This document shows, in pieces, positions 11,870 through 26,117 of a stretch of DNA of 60,000 nucleotides. The stretch comes from Mobula hypostoma (taxonomy: Eukaryota), in assembly GCF_963921235.1 (NCBI RefSeq), contig NC_086097.1, positions 47,308,001-47,368,000 on the forward strand, in the 5' to 3' direction. The translations under genes and the position numbers were made by a program. The notes under the pieces are model-generated. The model worked only from the letters and a program-made list of their open reading frames with translations. It was not told the origin of the DNA and did no database searches. Each line of letters starts with the position of its first letter. Position 1 is the stretch's first letter.

Positions 11870-13210
11870 TAGTCATGGAATACTACACCACAGAAATAGG
11901 CTCTTCGGCCCATCTAGTTCATGCTAAACTACTAATCTGCTAGGCCCATCAACCTGCATGTGGACCATAAACCTCCATATCACTCCTGTCCATGTTCAGT
12001 ACCTATCCAAATTCTCTTAAATATTGAAACCTGCATCCACCACTTTCACTGGCAACTCATTCCACACTCTCACCACCCTCTGAGTGATGAAGTTTCCCTC
12101 ATCTTCCCCTCAAACATTTCACCTATCTTCCCCTCAAACATTTCACCTCTCACCCTTAACTCATGACCACTAGTTCTACTCTTACCCCACCTCAATGGGA
12201 AAAGCCTGCTTGCATTTTCCCTATCTATACCCCTCATAATTTTGAATACCTCTGTGAAATCTCCCCTCATTCTCCTATGCTCTAGGGAATAAAAAGTCCA
12301 AACCTATTATTAGTCTAAACCTGGTCAACCTTTTCCTTTAATTCAGGTTGTCAAGCAAAAGCAACGCCTTTGAAAATTTTCTTTGCACACTTTCAAAGGT
12401 ATTAATATCTTTCACGTCAGGAGGTGACCAGAACTGCACAGAAGTTGGGTCTCTCCAAAGTCTTATACAACTTCAGCATAACATTCCAACTCCTGTGCTC
12501 TGTCCTCTGATTTCGGAAGGCCAATGTGCCTAAGTTGTCTTTATGACCCTATCTACTTTGCCACCACTTTCAAGGAATTATAGGTCTGTATTCCCAGATT
12601 GCTTTCTTCCACCATACTCCTCAGTGCTCTACTGTGTAAGTCCTACCCTGGTTTGTCCTCCCAAAGTGCAACACCTCACATTTTTCTGCATAATATTCCA
12701 CCTGCCCTTTTTCAGCTCATTCTCCAGCTGGTCTAGGTCCTGCTGAAAGCTTTGGTAGTCTTTCTTGCCATTAACTATGTCCCCTATCATGGTGTCATCC
12801 CGAAATTTGCTGATCCAGTTTACCACAGATAATTGATATAGGTGACAAAGAACAATGGACCCAGCACCAATCCCTGCAGCACACCATTAGTCACAGTCCT
12901 CCAGTAAGAAAGGCATTTATTTTCTGCCACTTTCTGGTTTCTCCCACAAACCCAATGTTTAATCCAATTTACTACGTCATCCTGAATGACAAGCAAGTGA
13001 AACTTCTTGATCGACTTCTCATGTGGAACCTTGTCAAGGGCCTTGCTGAAATCCATGTAGGCAACATCCACTGCCTCACCTTCATTAACTTTCTTGGTAG
13101 TATCCTTGGATTGGTTTGACATGACCTACCCCGCAGAAAGCCATATTGACTATCCCTAATCTGTCCCTGTCTATCCAAATACTTGTATATCCGGTCCCTT
13201 AGAATACCTT
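11870..13210 (-). mobile_element. degenerate CR1 (RT to 3' end)
   Basis: SQYGFLRGRSC, YMDFSKALDKVPH, GVLQGLVLGPL, SKFRDDT motifs in reverse ORFs. Confidence 0.9.
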
Positions 13211-13739
13211 GTTCCAGGAAATGAAAACTCTAAACTTCAATTCAGTGCTTTGAAGTATTAACAACTAATTGTTTATTTAAGAGTGGTGAAGACTTCATGC
13301 TCAACAAAACCTGCAACTGGAACAGCAGATGGGCAGAAAGGAAGGAGGGACGAGTGGAATACAAATAGAAATGTTACATTTTGCAATCCTTTTAGTCTGG
13401 CATACACCTTAGCTGTAACCTTCAGCAATATTATGTCAACCTACACATATTTCCATCACATCTTTGATTCAAACTCCAGCCAATTAGCATTAGAAGATAC
13501 ATTTGAAAAGCTTTGCAGCTTCTTTAAGGAGACAGTAGCAATAATCTCGAAGAGGGTTCTCACCTCAGTCCCATCTAAACTTTGTTTTCTTTTCTCCTGC
13601 AGTTTTGTTTCCTTATTTTATCTTCACCCTTCTCCCTCTTCATTTCATTTTTTACCTCCTGTTTGTCTTCCGTTTTTTAAAACTTTTGTTTTATTTTGCC
13701 TTGCTCTATTTCCTTTTATAAATCTGTTATTCATCAAGT

Positions 13740-14670
13740 CAAAGAACAGAGAAATAGTCTCTTCAGTCCACTGTATCAGTGCTGGGCATTAAGTACCTGT
13801 CTACACTAATCCTATTGCCCTTTGCCTTCTATACCAGGCATTTCGAAGACTCATCTAATTATTCACTAAATCTGAGAATACCTGCCTCTACCATTCCCCT
13901 CAGACAATGCATTTCGTCCAATCTCTAGGTGAAAAATAATTTTCCTTGAGTCTCCTGTAAAACAGAGCCTTGCTTTAATCCTTTGTCCTCTGGTCATAAG
14001 CATCCCTGGTACGTAGAACAAAAATAAAAGGAGCCCAAGAGTGGAAAGTTTTGAGGTACAGCTTTGCAGTACTTTGAAGATGGCAGTTGAGAAAGTGGCT
14101 ACAAAAGGACACAGAATCCTAGGTTTTATAAACAGAGGCACTAAGTAGAACATCAAGGTATAACAAGGAACCCTTTTAAACAAAAATGCTGGTTCTACTA
14201 CAACTAGTTTAATGTGTCTGATTGTTGGTATCCTCTCTAGGATTTATAGAGCATGCAGAAGAGATTTTCCAGAATGATTACAGGGATGAAGGGCTTTGGT
14301 TAGGTGGATAAACTGGATTGTTCTTAGAACAGAAGATGGTTGTGAAGTACTTATAACCATGGTGGGTGTAGACTAAACAGGTAGAAGTATGCTGGCAGAT
14401 GGGATGAAGGTAATTGAGAAAAGAACCAAAATGACATGAGGAAAAACATTTTTATTCAGTGAGTGAAGTTTTACTCCCTGGGCTAGTCTGGGGCTTAGAT
14501 TTCAATTGTACTGATTAAAAGACAGCTGGCGTGTTTGCTGAAAGGAAAGAATTTGCAGGAAGTGGGCACTGATGTGAGACCTACTGGGTTGCTCTTGTAT
14601 AGAGCCGGTACAGACCGTATGAGTTGAATGGCCACCTTCTGTGCCAGAACCATTCTGTGCTTCTGTGATT
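13740..14670. mobile_element. two opposed old CR1 3' fragments (minus ~13740-14010, plus ~14010-14670)
   Basis: Patchy CR1 3' ORF2/UTR similarity on both strands. Confidence 0.55.
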
Positions 14671-16523
14671 CATCAGAATAGGATTTGCATTCTACACGTG
14701 TAAAAGTATCATCCGGGGTCACCAAACAATTGCGCTGTTTAGATGTTAAATTGAATAATGCTTGGACAAAGATGCAGGGCTTTGGGAGAGAGTATGAGTG
14801 GGATTAGTTTTATATAAATCTAGCAAAGAACCAGGGCAAACACAATTAGCCAAGTAGCCTCATTCTGAGTTGTTTCTGCACTATTTCTTGTCAGAACTTA
14901 CACTGGACTAGTGACAAAAGAGGACCTCATCAATTTTTTTGATAAAAATACTTAAAAGGAAAGCTAACACTACAAGGAGTCAATAAATTAAACAACTAAA
15001 GACTCCACCCCATCACAGCCATTCCCCCTTTTGCTTCTCCAGCCTTCTTCACAACTTATTTCCCAACTAGGCCTAAAGCCTTAAATGTTAACTCTGCCTC
15101 TCACTCCACAGATGCTGCCTGACCTCCTGAGTGAAGCATTTTGTTTTTTTTTAAACAGGAAGTGCTATACATGAATTACAGTTATAAAAGTAGTATGTCT
15201 AATACCTTTGAGATTTTAGATATTAGTAAAAAGTAAAATTTTTAAAATATTTTTTTCTAATAAAGCAACTGTGTAAATTGGATTGAACGAGAAGTTCAGA
15301 GTCCATTATTTTGCACCACTGTGGAAGAGGCATATTTCCTGGAAATGTTTCTGCTTTGATTTTTGTATTCACTTCCACCCTGCTGGATATGCTTCATAAC
15401 TTAGGTTTTAGAAGTCTATTTTTGCAGCTTTTACTGTGAATATTTTTAAGTATTACGTAAGCACAATATTTAACAACGGGCAATTTTCATATTCAAATTT
15501 CTTGTATCCTGAGGCTTTGTTGACCTTGACAGGCTGTGTTTTAGACTTCCACAGTTTTGAAGAGATTTGAATTTTTTTTAAATTGTCCTACAGCATGCAT
15601 AATTTCCTTGATAACAAACAGAAATGTCATGCGATGTGACGATTGCCTGGATTGTCAAGTTCAAACAAAGTCATGAATATAGAACCATAATACCTGAGCA
15701 GATTTTCATTCTCAGACAGAACCTCAACAGATTAATTATCATTGGAAATGCATTGTTGATTACGTTCTTGATTTACATTGTAAATTGAAGCCCAGGAAAC
15801 AAGCTGCTTGACTAGAATATAATTATAATGCAAGCAGGCAGAGACTTCTTAAGGTGTTTAAGGGGAAGTGCTACCAGAATGGTATACTGCAACAGAAAAA
15901 AAACAGCGAAAATAAATGATCTTCCAATAAAAGAGAGCAGCCAGAGAATTTGCCTCCTCGGAAACAGCAGAGTAAAAAGCAAACCTTCTTAAATCTGAAA
16001 TGCTGAATGTTTAAGTGAGCATAAGCGTTATCACAGAACATAGAATAGTACAGTACAGGAATGGGCCTGTCAGCCCACAATGTTGTGTGGAAACAGCTAA
16101 AAAGTAAATAAATAAAACCCCAAAACTAATCCCTCCTATCTACACAATGTCCATTTCCCTCCATCTTCCTCACATTTGTGTGTCTATGTAAACGTCTCTT
16201 AAAAGCCTCTAATGTATTTGTCTCTACCACCACACCAGGTAGTGCATTCCAGGCATTCACCACTCTCTGAGTAAAAAAACTTGCATCCCCTTTCAACCAA
16301 TGCATGCCCTCTGGTATTAGATATTTCTATAATCTTAAAAACCTCTATCAGATCTCCCTTCAGTCTCCGCTACTCCAAAGAAAACAAGACAAGTTTAACC
16401 AGCCTGTCGTGATAGCACCTGCCCTCTAGACCAGGCAGTATCCTGATAAACCTCTTCTGCACCTTCTCCAAAGCTTCAACATCCCTGTAGTGGGGTGATC
16501 AAAATTGCATGTAATACTCCAGA

Positions 16524-19123
16524 CATGAGAAAATCTGCAGATGCTGGAAATCCAAAGCAAAATGCGTTTTGTCCCCTTGTACCCGCCATGACGCCAAGCT
16601 CTTCTTCCATTGCCTCCATCTCTGTGCCTACTTCTTTGCCAAGGACTCTCCAGCCTGCACTGATGACCCTTTCTCCTGTCTTCAACCCTGCTCTTCTTCA
16701 TGGACACCCCCACTCTGGTCTTCTGCCTGCTCTGGATCTTCTTATTGCCAACTGCCGATGAGACAGCAACCATTTTGACTTTAAAACTCTCTCCGGTTCT
16801 AACCTCTCTTCTTCTGAGCTTAGTGCTCTCCACCCTTCCCGCATTAATCCCAATCTCACTATCAACCCACAGATAAAGGGGGTGCTGTAGTAGTCTGGCA
16901 GATTAGCCTCTACCTTGCTGAGGCCAGGCGGCAACTCTCAGACACCTCCTCTTACTTAACCATTGAATAAGACCCCACTAAGGAGCAGCAGGCCATTGTC
17001 TCCCACACCATCACCAACCTCATCGACTCTGGGGATCTGCCACCCTCCGTCACAAACCTCATAGTTCCCTTACCCTGCACCTCCCATTTCTACCTCCTTC
17101 CCAAGATCCATAACCTGCCTGTCCAGGTAGACCCATTTCTGCCTGCTCCTACCCCACTGAACTTGTGTCTGCATACCTCAGCTCTGTTTTATCCCCCCTG
17201 GTTCATTCCCTTCCTACCTGCCTCTGTGACACTTCACACGTTCTTGATCTTTTCAATGACCTTAAGTTCCCTGACACCGAACATCTCATTTTCACTATGG
17301 ATGTCCAGTCCCTATACACCTCCATCCCCCATCAGGAGGGCCTTAAAGCTCTCCACTTCTTTCTGGACAACAGACCCAACCAGTTCCCCTTCGCCACCGC
17401 TCTCTTCCATCTGGCGAAACTGATCCTCACCCTCAATAATTTCTCCTTTGGTTCGTCCCACTTCCATCAAAACAAAGGTGTAGCCATGGGCACTTGCCTG
17501 GATCCCGGCTATGCCTGCCTTTTCATCGGCTACGTGGAACAGTTCATGTTCAAAGTTTACACTGGCATCGCTCCCCAACTCTTTCTGCACTACATTGATG
17601 ACCGCATTGGTACTTCTTCCTGCACCCATGCTGAGCTCATTGATTTTATCAACTTTGTCTCCAACTTCCAGCCTGCCCTCTAACTTACTTGGTCCATTTC
17701 CAACACATCTCTCCCCTTTCTCGATTACTCTGTCTCCATCTCTGGAGAGAGTCTATCTACTGACATATCTTATAAACCCACTGACTATACCTCTTCTCAC
17801 CCTGCACTTGTAAAAATGCCATCCCTTTCTCTCAGTTCTTCCATCTCCAGTGTATCTACTCTCAGGATGAGACTTTTTATTCCAGAACAATTGAGATGTC
17901 CTCCTAAGAAAAGGGCTTCCCTTTCTCCACCATCTACGCTGTCCTTACCCACATCTCTTCCATGTTGCGTACGTCTGCCCTCACCCCATCCTCCTCCTGT
18001 CACACCAGGGGTAAGAGCACAAGACCATAAGACATAGGAGCAGAATTAGGCCATTCAGTCTGTCAGGTCCGTTCTGGCATTTCATCATGGCTGATTCTGA
18101 ATCCCACTCAAACCCATACACCTGCCTTATCCCCATATCCTTTGATGCCCTGACCAATCAGGAATCTATCAACTTCCACCTTAAATATACTCATGTACAT
18201 GGCTTCCACCCCAGTCTGTGGCAGAGCATTCCATAGACTTACTACTCTCTGGCTAAAAAGATTCTTCCTTACTTCTGTTCTAAAAGGTTGCCCCTCAATT
18301 TTGAGGCTGTGCCCCGTAGTTCTGGATACACCCACCACATGAAACATCCTCTCCATATCCACCTTATCTGGTCTTTTCTGAGACTAGGGGCCCAAACCTA
18401 TTGAAAACACTCCAAGTGCAGCTTGACTAGTGTCTTATAAGGGATCAGCATTATCTCCTTGCTTTTATATTCTATTCCCCTTGAAATAATTGCAACATTG
18501 TATTCGCCTTCTTTACCACAGACTTGACAAGTAAATTAACCTTCTGGGAGCCATCTGGGATAGGGTTCCTCTTGTCCTCCCCTACCACCCCATTAGCTTC
18601 TGCATCCACTACATAATTTTTCATAACTTCCACCACGGTCCCACCATGAAGCATATCTTTCCCTCCCCCCACTTTCAATTTTCCACAGGGATTGCTCCCT
18701 ACACGACTCCCTTGTCCACTCATCCCAATAACTTCTCATAATTGCCCAACCCCTCTCCTCCACCATTCCCCCACTCGTTTCTCTGTCTCACCTTATCTCC
18801 TTACCTGCCCTTTACCTCCTTCCTTGTGCTCCTCCCCCTTTTCTTTGTTCCATGGCCTTCCCCGTCAGGTTCCCTCTTCTCCAGCCCTATATCTCTTTCC
18901 CCAACTTCCCAGCTCTTCACTTCACCCTCTGCCTCTCCTAGTTTCTCCTATCATCCTCTACCTTGTATTTCTTCCTCCCCTCCTCCTGCCATCTTCTTAC
19001 TCTGACTTCTCCTCTTCCTTTCCAGTCCTGATGAAGGGTCTCGGCCAAAAATGTTGACCGTTTACTCATCTCCATAGATGCTGCCTGGCCTGCTGAGTTC
19101 CTCCAGCATTTTGTGTGTGTTGC
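16524..19123 (+). mobile_element. Penelope-like element, decayed, interrupted by a CR1
   Basis: FTMDVQSLYTSIPH, GVAMG, FLHYIDD in ORF 17165..17683; inverted terminus piece at 16524-16565; hammerhead-like cagtcCTGATGAagggtctcggccaAAAAtgtt at 19023-19060; imperfect TSD AATACTC(C/T)AGA. Confidence 0.9.
18015..18552 (-). mobile_element. CR1 3' fragment inside the PLE
   Basis: ORF 18108..18362 GHSLKIEG..FSQRVVSLWNALP; tail agaccataagacatagg. Confidence 0.88.
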
Positions 19124-20572
19124 AATACTCTAGATGCGGCCTAACCAGAGTTCTATAAAGTTGCAACATAACCTTTTGATTTTTATACTCAGTGCCTCAA
19201 CTATTAAAAGCAAGCATTCTATAGCCTTCTTAATCACCTGTGCAGCCACTTTCAAGGAGCTGTGAACTTGGACCCCAAAATCTCTCCTGCTCAGCATTAT
19301 TGTTAAGGGTCTTTCCCTTAACAAGAGGAACAGAGTACACGGTTAATCATTTCATTAGCAAATCAAATTTTTATATAGTAATTGCCGTAGCTCTGTTTGA
19401 ATTATCTTCATAAGTAGATGTATACCATTCTGTTCCAGCCCAGTTAGTTCCAGGATTTCCTTCTTTGATGATCAAAGGGAAAGATTATCTTTTCCTCCTA
19501 TTAAAAAACCGTAAGGTTTAAATCACCTTGAATGCTGGGCCTACAGATCCTGTTGGTTACCAAAGGTTACCAGAAGTAGAGACAAAGTTCCTTATTCCTT
19601 GGTGTTAATTGTTAAAATTATTTCCAACAAAGAACATCATCACTTTTCCAAAGATGTGATCAATCCTATGCATTTCTAACAAATGTCCATCCAGTTGCCA
19701 TCAGTGTGGCTGGGTTCATTGGAGAGTTGTCTTAACCAGACGAGACAGGACATTACAAAAGCATGAATTCATGTGAGTTAAAACATTTACACGCAGCTAA
19801 GTTCATGTCAAAGTCCAAAAGGGTGCAGCTCTTCTGGTACCTTGAGTTCCTATATCACCTTGTGCAATAAATAGTGTACTGTATTGTACTAAAATCAAAC
19901 TGTGTGTAGTATCTGAATTATTTCCATTTTCAGTATTTTTCTTACTTTTAGTCATGCTGCAGGGATAGAACTGATTAGTTGGTTCAGTGAGTTCCATGAG
20001 TGAAATGTATTTCGATATTGCCTGTACTATATGTACCTTATTAATTTGTACCTTTTAAATGTCTGATTTTTATTTCCTAGATATAAGTTAATATGCTTCC
20101 TTATTTGCAAGTATTGAGAAGTCCATGTCCTTCATAATTCCGTCAATGAAAATTAAACCAAGTTTCAGAAAGTCTTTGAAGAATTAATCTGTAAAGTCTT
20201 TTACCAAAGGTGACCTGATTTTTAGGTCACATTTGGGAGAGGCCAATTTTAGTTCATTAAATTAAGAAAAACATTTTGATTATTTATATAAATAGGTAAT
20301 AATCTTTATGAAAACTCTTCTCGTGTAACTTTGGTATCTTTTAGGTTTTGGAGGCGCAATAATTCATTTAACAGCCATATTAGTAAATGCAACCGATAAT
20401 GCAGGAATCTAAATTTTACTACAGTTGCTTGACCCAGTTCTGAGCTTAAATCTATCATCACAAATTATAAATTTAGTAAACTAACCATGCTTTCTGCAGG
20501 GCACCTTCACAGCTGAGTTATTATCAGTCGAACTGTGCATTTACGCATTTGTAACCTACACTGGTGATTTGA

Positions 20573-20586
20573 GTTACTATGGCAAC
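20573..20586. promoter_or_regulatory. RFX X-box motif
   Basis: GTTACTATGGCAAC, near-palindromic match to the X-box consensus, in non-repetitive sequence. Confidence 0.5.
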
Positions 20587-21099
20587 AAGGGGACTAACCC
20601 TAGAGATGAATAGTTCTGTATTTGCGGTCTGTGCCTGCAAAGTCATTTCAGCTCCAAGCTCGTGCTGAGGTAATGTTCCTTTGTATGAGGAAGACCTGTA
20701 TTTCATAGAGCTTATCACTTAAATTACCTTGCACTAATCTATATTTTATCATTGAAGTGAGAGCTGCGGTACAGTCGGCACCTGGCATAGCAATGCCGTC
20801 TGACCTGTGCAAGCTATTAAACAACGATCAGTATTTTTAGAAGTGAGCTAGATGGAGAAATAGGAGCAATAATTTTAATGTACATTAACAAAATTATAAA
20901 AAGGTGGCTGTTCATCTGAGAGAAAATCATAGATCAGTTAACGTCTCTTATTTTGAGGTTGATAGTTAACAGGAACCATTCTCATATGACGTGGGGGGAC
21001 AGTCACCCTATTAAGTCTGCTCTCTGGGTAATGCCTTCACATCCGTTCTCTCATTTATTTTCCAGTAACTCATTCTCTCTCACATCCCAACATGAATCT

Positions 21100-21295
21100 C
21101 CTGCCACCCTCTGTTACAAGGGGTGATTTGCTGTTGCAATTTACCTTACTAATTAGGATGTTGAGGAACGCAGGAGCCGACTGACACCCATATAGGAAAC
21201 ACACACAGTCACAGACAGAGCATGCGAATGTCACGCAGGGTTCAAACTGAGCCTGGGTTGCTGGAGCTGTGAGGCAGAAGCACCACCTGCTTTAT
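21100..21295 (-). mobile_element. tRNA-derived SINE remnant (HE1/V-SINE-like)
   Basis: ggaaacacacacagtcacag...cctgggttgctggagctgtgaggcag..gcaccacctgc resembles the antisense head and core of elasmobranch SINEs. Confidence 0.5.
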
Positions 21296-23309
21296 TCCTC
21301 TGTCCTCCAAAATATCAAAAGGTTTGGGATGAAATGAAAAGCTTTTTGTTTTAAAGCCACTGTGAGATGCAACAGCTATACAATCAGTCTGAAGAAAGGC
21401 TTGCCTCAGCATGAGTAACTGTGAACCATGAATTATTATTAAAACCCCATATAGCTTCCAGTCTGCCATCCTGTGTTGACTGGGCCCAGCTGTGACACCA
21501 GGTTCACTAGTGTGGGTGACTCTAACTGCCTAAGCATCATTTAGGATTAGACGATAAATACAGGCCTTACTAGAAATGTTTACAAAAAGCACTGCATGAG
21601 TAAAAATGCCGGAAAAACATTCCTCTGTAGTAAAAAAAAAGCCTTTTTAAACTTAAGAGTCTTGAAAAATTGTACTGTGGAATTGTAGTGACCTATACTA
21701 GGAATCTGAATGTCACATAGCTTGGCTAAAAGTACTGATACATGACTTTTTACAAGTCTTAAAGTCCTGCCTAATCAACAGCACATAGTCATGTGTTAGA
21801 TTTGTTTGTTTAGAAATATATAACCTTATGCTGATATGTTTTTGGTGCAGTGGGCAATCTAACACCATGAGGGACGTCTGCATCCATAGATTAATTTATT
21901 ATCATTAATTATACATTAACATGTTTAAGAAAATTAAGAGATGAAGCTGAACTGCTAACCACTTGTGTAGAGATCACGCGTGAATCTAACATTTAATACT
22001 CATGGTTTTCTTAAACTGCATGCTTTTTGTTTCAGAACTTAGTTATATTATTTTGGAATTTCATTCCAGTTTTTAAATCATAGAAACTACAGCACAGAAA
22101 CAGGCCTTTTGGCCTTCTTGGCTGTGCCGAACCATTTTCTGCCTAGTCCCACTGACCTATAGAAACCATAGAAACTATAGCACAGTTAGCCACCATTTTA
22201 TTTTATTAGGGCTGTGCTACCATAAAGTGCCTTGAAGTTGCACCTTTAATATAACTAGCAGTAAAGGGCAGAGTGAATAACACTCTCCCTATGCTTTTGG
22301 ATAGAGCTCCAGAGTTTTCTTGTCAGTATTTTCTTCTGTCTCATGCTGACCTGGAGGGATGGATGCTGGCTGGGGAGTGTTTCCATGGACACTAACCACC
22401 TTCCGTTGCCTTACCATTATCCATGCATGACTTTTAATAATGGGATCTGGCAGGAGGCAACACATTCATCCAATCCTACCCTCGCTCAACCTCCCCACAG
22501 TCACACTTCCAGCAGGGATTTCTAGATAACGTTTACGAACAGCATAAGGCTGTTACTCCCTTCCCACCATGGGTAAAGAGGCAAATTATAGCAATAAGCT
22601 AACTCACTGAGAGCTGTTGGTTAAAGTTATAACCTTTACTAATCAATGGGTAAACTTGCTGAACCTTGAGGGAAGCCCAGTTGTAATACTAACTAATTTC
22701 TTTATAATGCAAGCATTGTCCTTCCCAGTTTGCTTGCTCTGAAAGATCAGATAATGGAATAAAAGAGCCAGGGTAATACCAAGTACAAAAGGTCAGCGCA
22801 ATCGAAACCCCTCAGCTCCATTCTGCAAGGTATTTTCTCTTCCCCTTTAAAGCCCTCATATTTAGTCTTTGGGTTTTTGTTGTGTAAGTGGAAAAGCAAC
22901 AATCCTCTTCTATTCTCTCCCCCCTCCCCTTCCCTCCCCTCCCCTCCCCCAGTGAAAAACAACTAACTATGAGAGGCTGATTTGACTCTGAAGTTTCCCT
23001 CAACACAGAGAAGCTTCACCTCTCCACTGGGTGCCTCTATTAAGTAGGTTAGTTAACAGCTACAGCCCACGCCATGGGAATCTTCGGCAGTAGCTTGAAG
23101 GTATCCTAATATACAGATTATTTTCTGGTGTGGCAGAACTAGTGATTTGCATATTCCATTTAGAATTACATTTAAGAAACTTTATAAACTATACATCTTC
23201 TTCCTTGATTCGGAGCATAACGGAAATAGAAATACTTCAGAAGCTTTTTCTAGTGATATTATGTTTAGCTCCATTTGTAAAAGATCTGAGAAATCTGACT
23301 TCTTCTAAA

Positions 23310-23633
23310 TAAGAAGTGGTCCCCACTATGTGGGGGGGGGGTGTTGTTGCACTCCTAGAAAACAAACCAGATTGTGGTTTTCCATAATGCAAAGAGGTGG
23401 GGAAGGACCACGGTTTAGGTTTCTCCACCTGCGGGAGTGGGAGGGGTCGGGTGGCGGGGAGTATACATCTCAACAATGATGTGGTAAGGTGAACAACTGG
23501 AGTGCCACGTGGGTGGCCATAAATATGGATATGTACTGACTATAATGGAAACGTACGTAAAGGATGGGAAGTTATTGAATGGTTTATTGTATATATTTAT
23601 TTTTGAATAAAGTATATTTTGAAATTAAAAAAA
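23310..23633 (+). mobile_element. L1/Tx1-type 3' end with polyA signal
   Basis: G-rich body, then tttttgAATAAAgtatattttgaaatt and a short A tail. Confidence 0.45.
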
Positions 23634-23913
23634 CATGACTTCAAAGACATGTTAGAAAAATAACTTCTTAAAAAATTTACTTTTTCCCATATGAATTCTG
23701 AGGGAGCAAATTTTATTCCATATATCAAAATTTTAGGCAGAAATTTGCGAATTCTGCATGGTAAATTTCCATTCCTCAGCTGCCATAATGCAGGGGTCAC
23801 CTTTAATGAAAAGAGAGACTTGTATTTCTATAATGTCGTTCACTGCTTCCACTAATCCCAAAGAAATTTTGCAGCTAATGAAGTTCTTTAGATATGCGAT
23901 GCAGGATCATCAT

Positions 23914-24126
23914 TGTTTTGGTTTGTAATTCCAAAAACTAATTGAAAGAAAAACGCCGGAGCTGGGATGTTTTGTCTACTTAATTTTTCTTTAGTGAGGC
24001 GCTCACGTATGATGTGGTGGCATAATGACATATGCCATTCACATACTTTTACATATAACCTGTAAACAAAGAATACATAATCAAACAAAATATTTACAAT
24101 ATTACTGAAATATTAAATATATGACA
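23914..24126 (-). repeat. 3' LTR of the Gypsy element
   Basis: TG...CA ends, abuts the PPT, homologous to the LTR at 38494-38747. Confidence 0.8.
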
Positions 24127-26117
24127 CTGTTCCTCCTCCTCCTTATTTAACTATAAACTCTAACCCTAATGCACCTCAACTCAAATATGTAACGTATTGC
24201 TCTCTAGTCACCTAAGTATAAATAATAAACATATATACACATACAGTATACTATATAATACAACTACTATATAGACATCCACAGCATAGTAAATTTTAAA
24301 TTGCCCCATTTAAAGCTAAAGATTTAATCACTGTTGAGGATTTCCTACTCTTGTGGGAGAACATTTTTCCTGAAAAGGGAGTGGAGGTCACTCTGCTTGG
24401 CAGGTGAGACTTGCGGCTGTGAATCTGGGGCCCCTCCATGGTGATTGTAGGAGTTGATTCCAGGACTGCAGGAAGTGGTTCCTACAGCTTTGGATACCTT
24501 TCTTCTGGATGTGTTGGCATTCCAAACAGTGCATAGGAAGATACTAGATCTTCTGATCTACCCCAGGCCACCAGACAAAGCTTCAAGCCAATGCTTCATT
24601 TTTACCATATCTAGCTGACCAGCATCTAGCTCCTCCAACATTTTAACTCTGAGCTTGGATGGTACAACAGCTCTCAATCCCCACATAAGGCAGCCCCTTT
24701 CAAGGGCAAGTTCATTCCAGCGTTTGTAAAAATGAAGCAACAGAAATTTTTGCTGCATAGTCAAGCCCATTTCAGTTTCATGTAGACCTGAGACAGTGTC
24801 GGGCATTTCTGGTTTCCCTTTGGATAATCTCTGCCATAATAGGGAGAATATGTTAAGAAGAGTGTCTTTTTTAGTAAATTTTTCAGATATTTCCTTTAGC
24901 AAGGATAACCAGGACAATCCATCAGCATTTCCGTTAGTTGTCCTCTTGAATCTGATCTTGTAATTGTGTGTCCTCCAAGAAACAGAGCCCATCTCTGCAT
25001 TCAAGCTGCTGCTGGTGTGGAACACCTTTCTGTGGATTGAAAATGGACACAAGTGGTTTTATGATCAGTAATGAGGGTAACCTCTCTCCCATGCAAGTAT
25101 CCTAAACCAGAGTGAATGGCATGACTTCACTCATAACAAGTGAAGTGACTGCACCTATATCATAAGGCAAGGTTTCACAGCCAAGCTTCACCGGACAATG
25201 TGGATCCCAATGTGTGAGTACAGTGTCTGCTAGCACCATTTTCTTTGCTTTTAGAAAGCCACCTCACATTGCTTCATCCATTGCCATTTCTTCCCAATCT
25301 GTAGTAATGAGTTCAAGGGGTGGAGCACAATTGCCAGGATTGGCAGGAACCTGTTGTAGTAATTGACAAATCCTAAAAAGTGTCAAACTGTGACATGTCC
25401 TTTGGCCTTGGGGCATCTAGCACTGCTTGAATTTTCTCAGCACACTTGTGTAATCCTTGTGCGTCAATAGTGTGACCACAGTAAGTGATGCTTGCTTTAA
25501 TTAAGAATTCATACTTGTTGCATCATGCTTTGAGCCCATAATCTTCTAATTTTTTTAAACATTGTCTTGAGATTTTGGAGATGTTCCTTATCACCCTTAC
25601 CGGTAACAAAAGTATCATCCAGGTAACACAGAGTGCCTGGACTGCCTTGCAGCATCTGGGACACAGCTTTTTGTCAGAGTGCATGTCCAAAAACAAGCCT
25701 ATTATAGTGAGAAAGCCCTTTGTGAGTGTTTATGGAGAGGTGGACTCTTATTCCATTTCCATCTGTAAGTTGGCCTCAGCTAAGTGCACTTTAATGAAGT
25801 GTTTTCCTCCAGAAAGACTTGCAAAGATATCCTTTATTCTGAGAAGTGGTATTGATCTACTTTCAGTATTGAGTTGATAGTGATGTTAAAATCACCACTG
25901 ATCCTGACATCGTTCTTGGCAACTGGAGCATTTCCTTTGAAACAATTCCTTCAGCCTCCATGCAATCTAGCTCACTGGCTATGTAATCATGGATGGTATA
26001 AGGATCCGAGCAGGCTTTGTAAAGCTTGGGTGTGCCATTTTCATTTAACACTATTTTACCCTTGATACGTTTGAGTTTTCCAATGCCACCTTTGAATACT
26101 GCTGTGGAATTATCCAG

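Larger units (their letters stand above)
16032..19325 (-). mobile_element. CR1 3' fragment split by a PLE insertion (16032-16523 and 19124-19325)
   Basis: Tail agaacatagaa at ~16035; CR1 sequence resumes after 19123 with aatactctagatgcggcctaacc. Confidence 0.8.

Noticed and set aside
13283..13792. 169-aa ORF
   Set aside because: No recognisable domain, non-ATG start, and the second half is T-rich low complexity.
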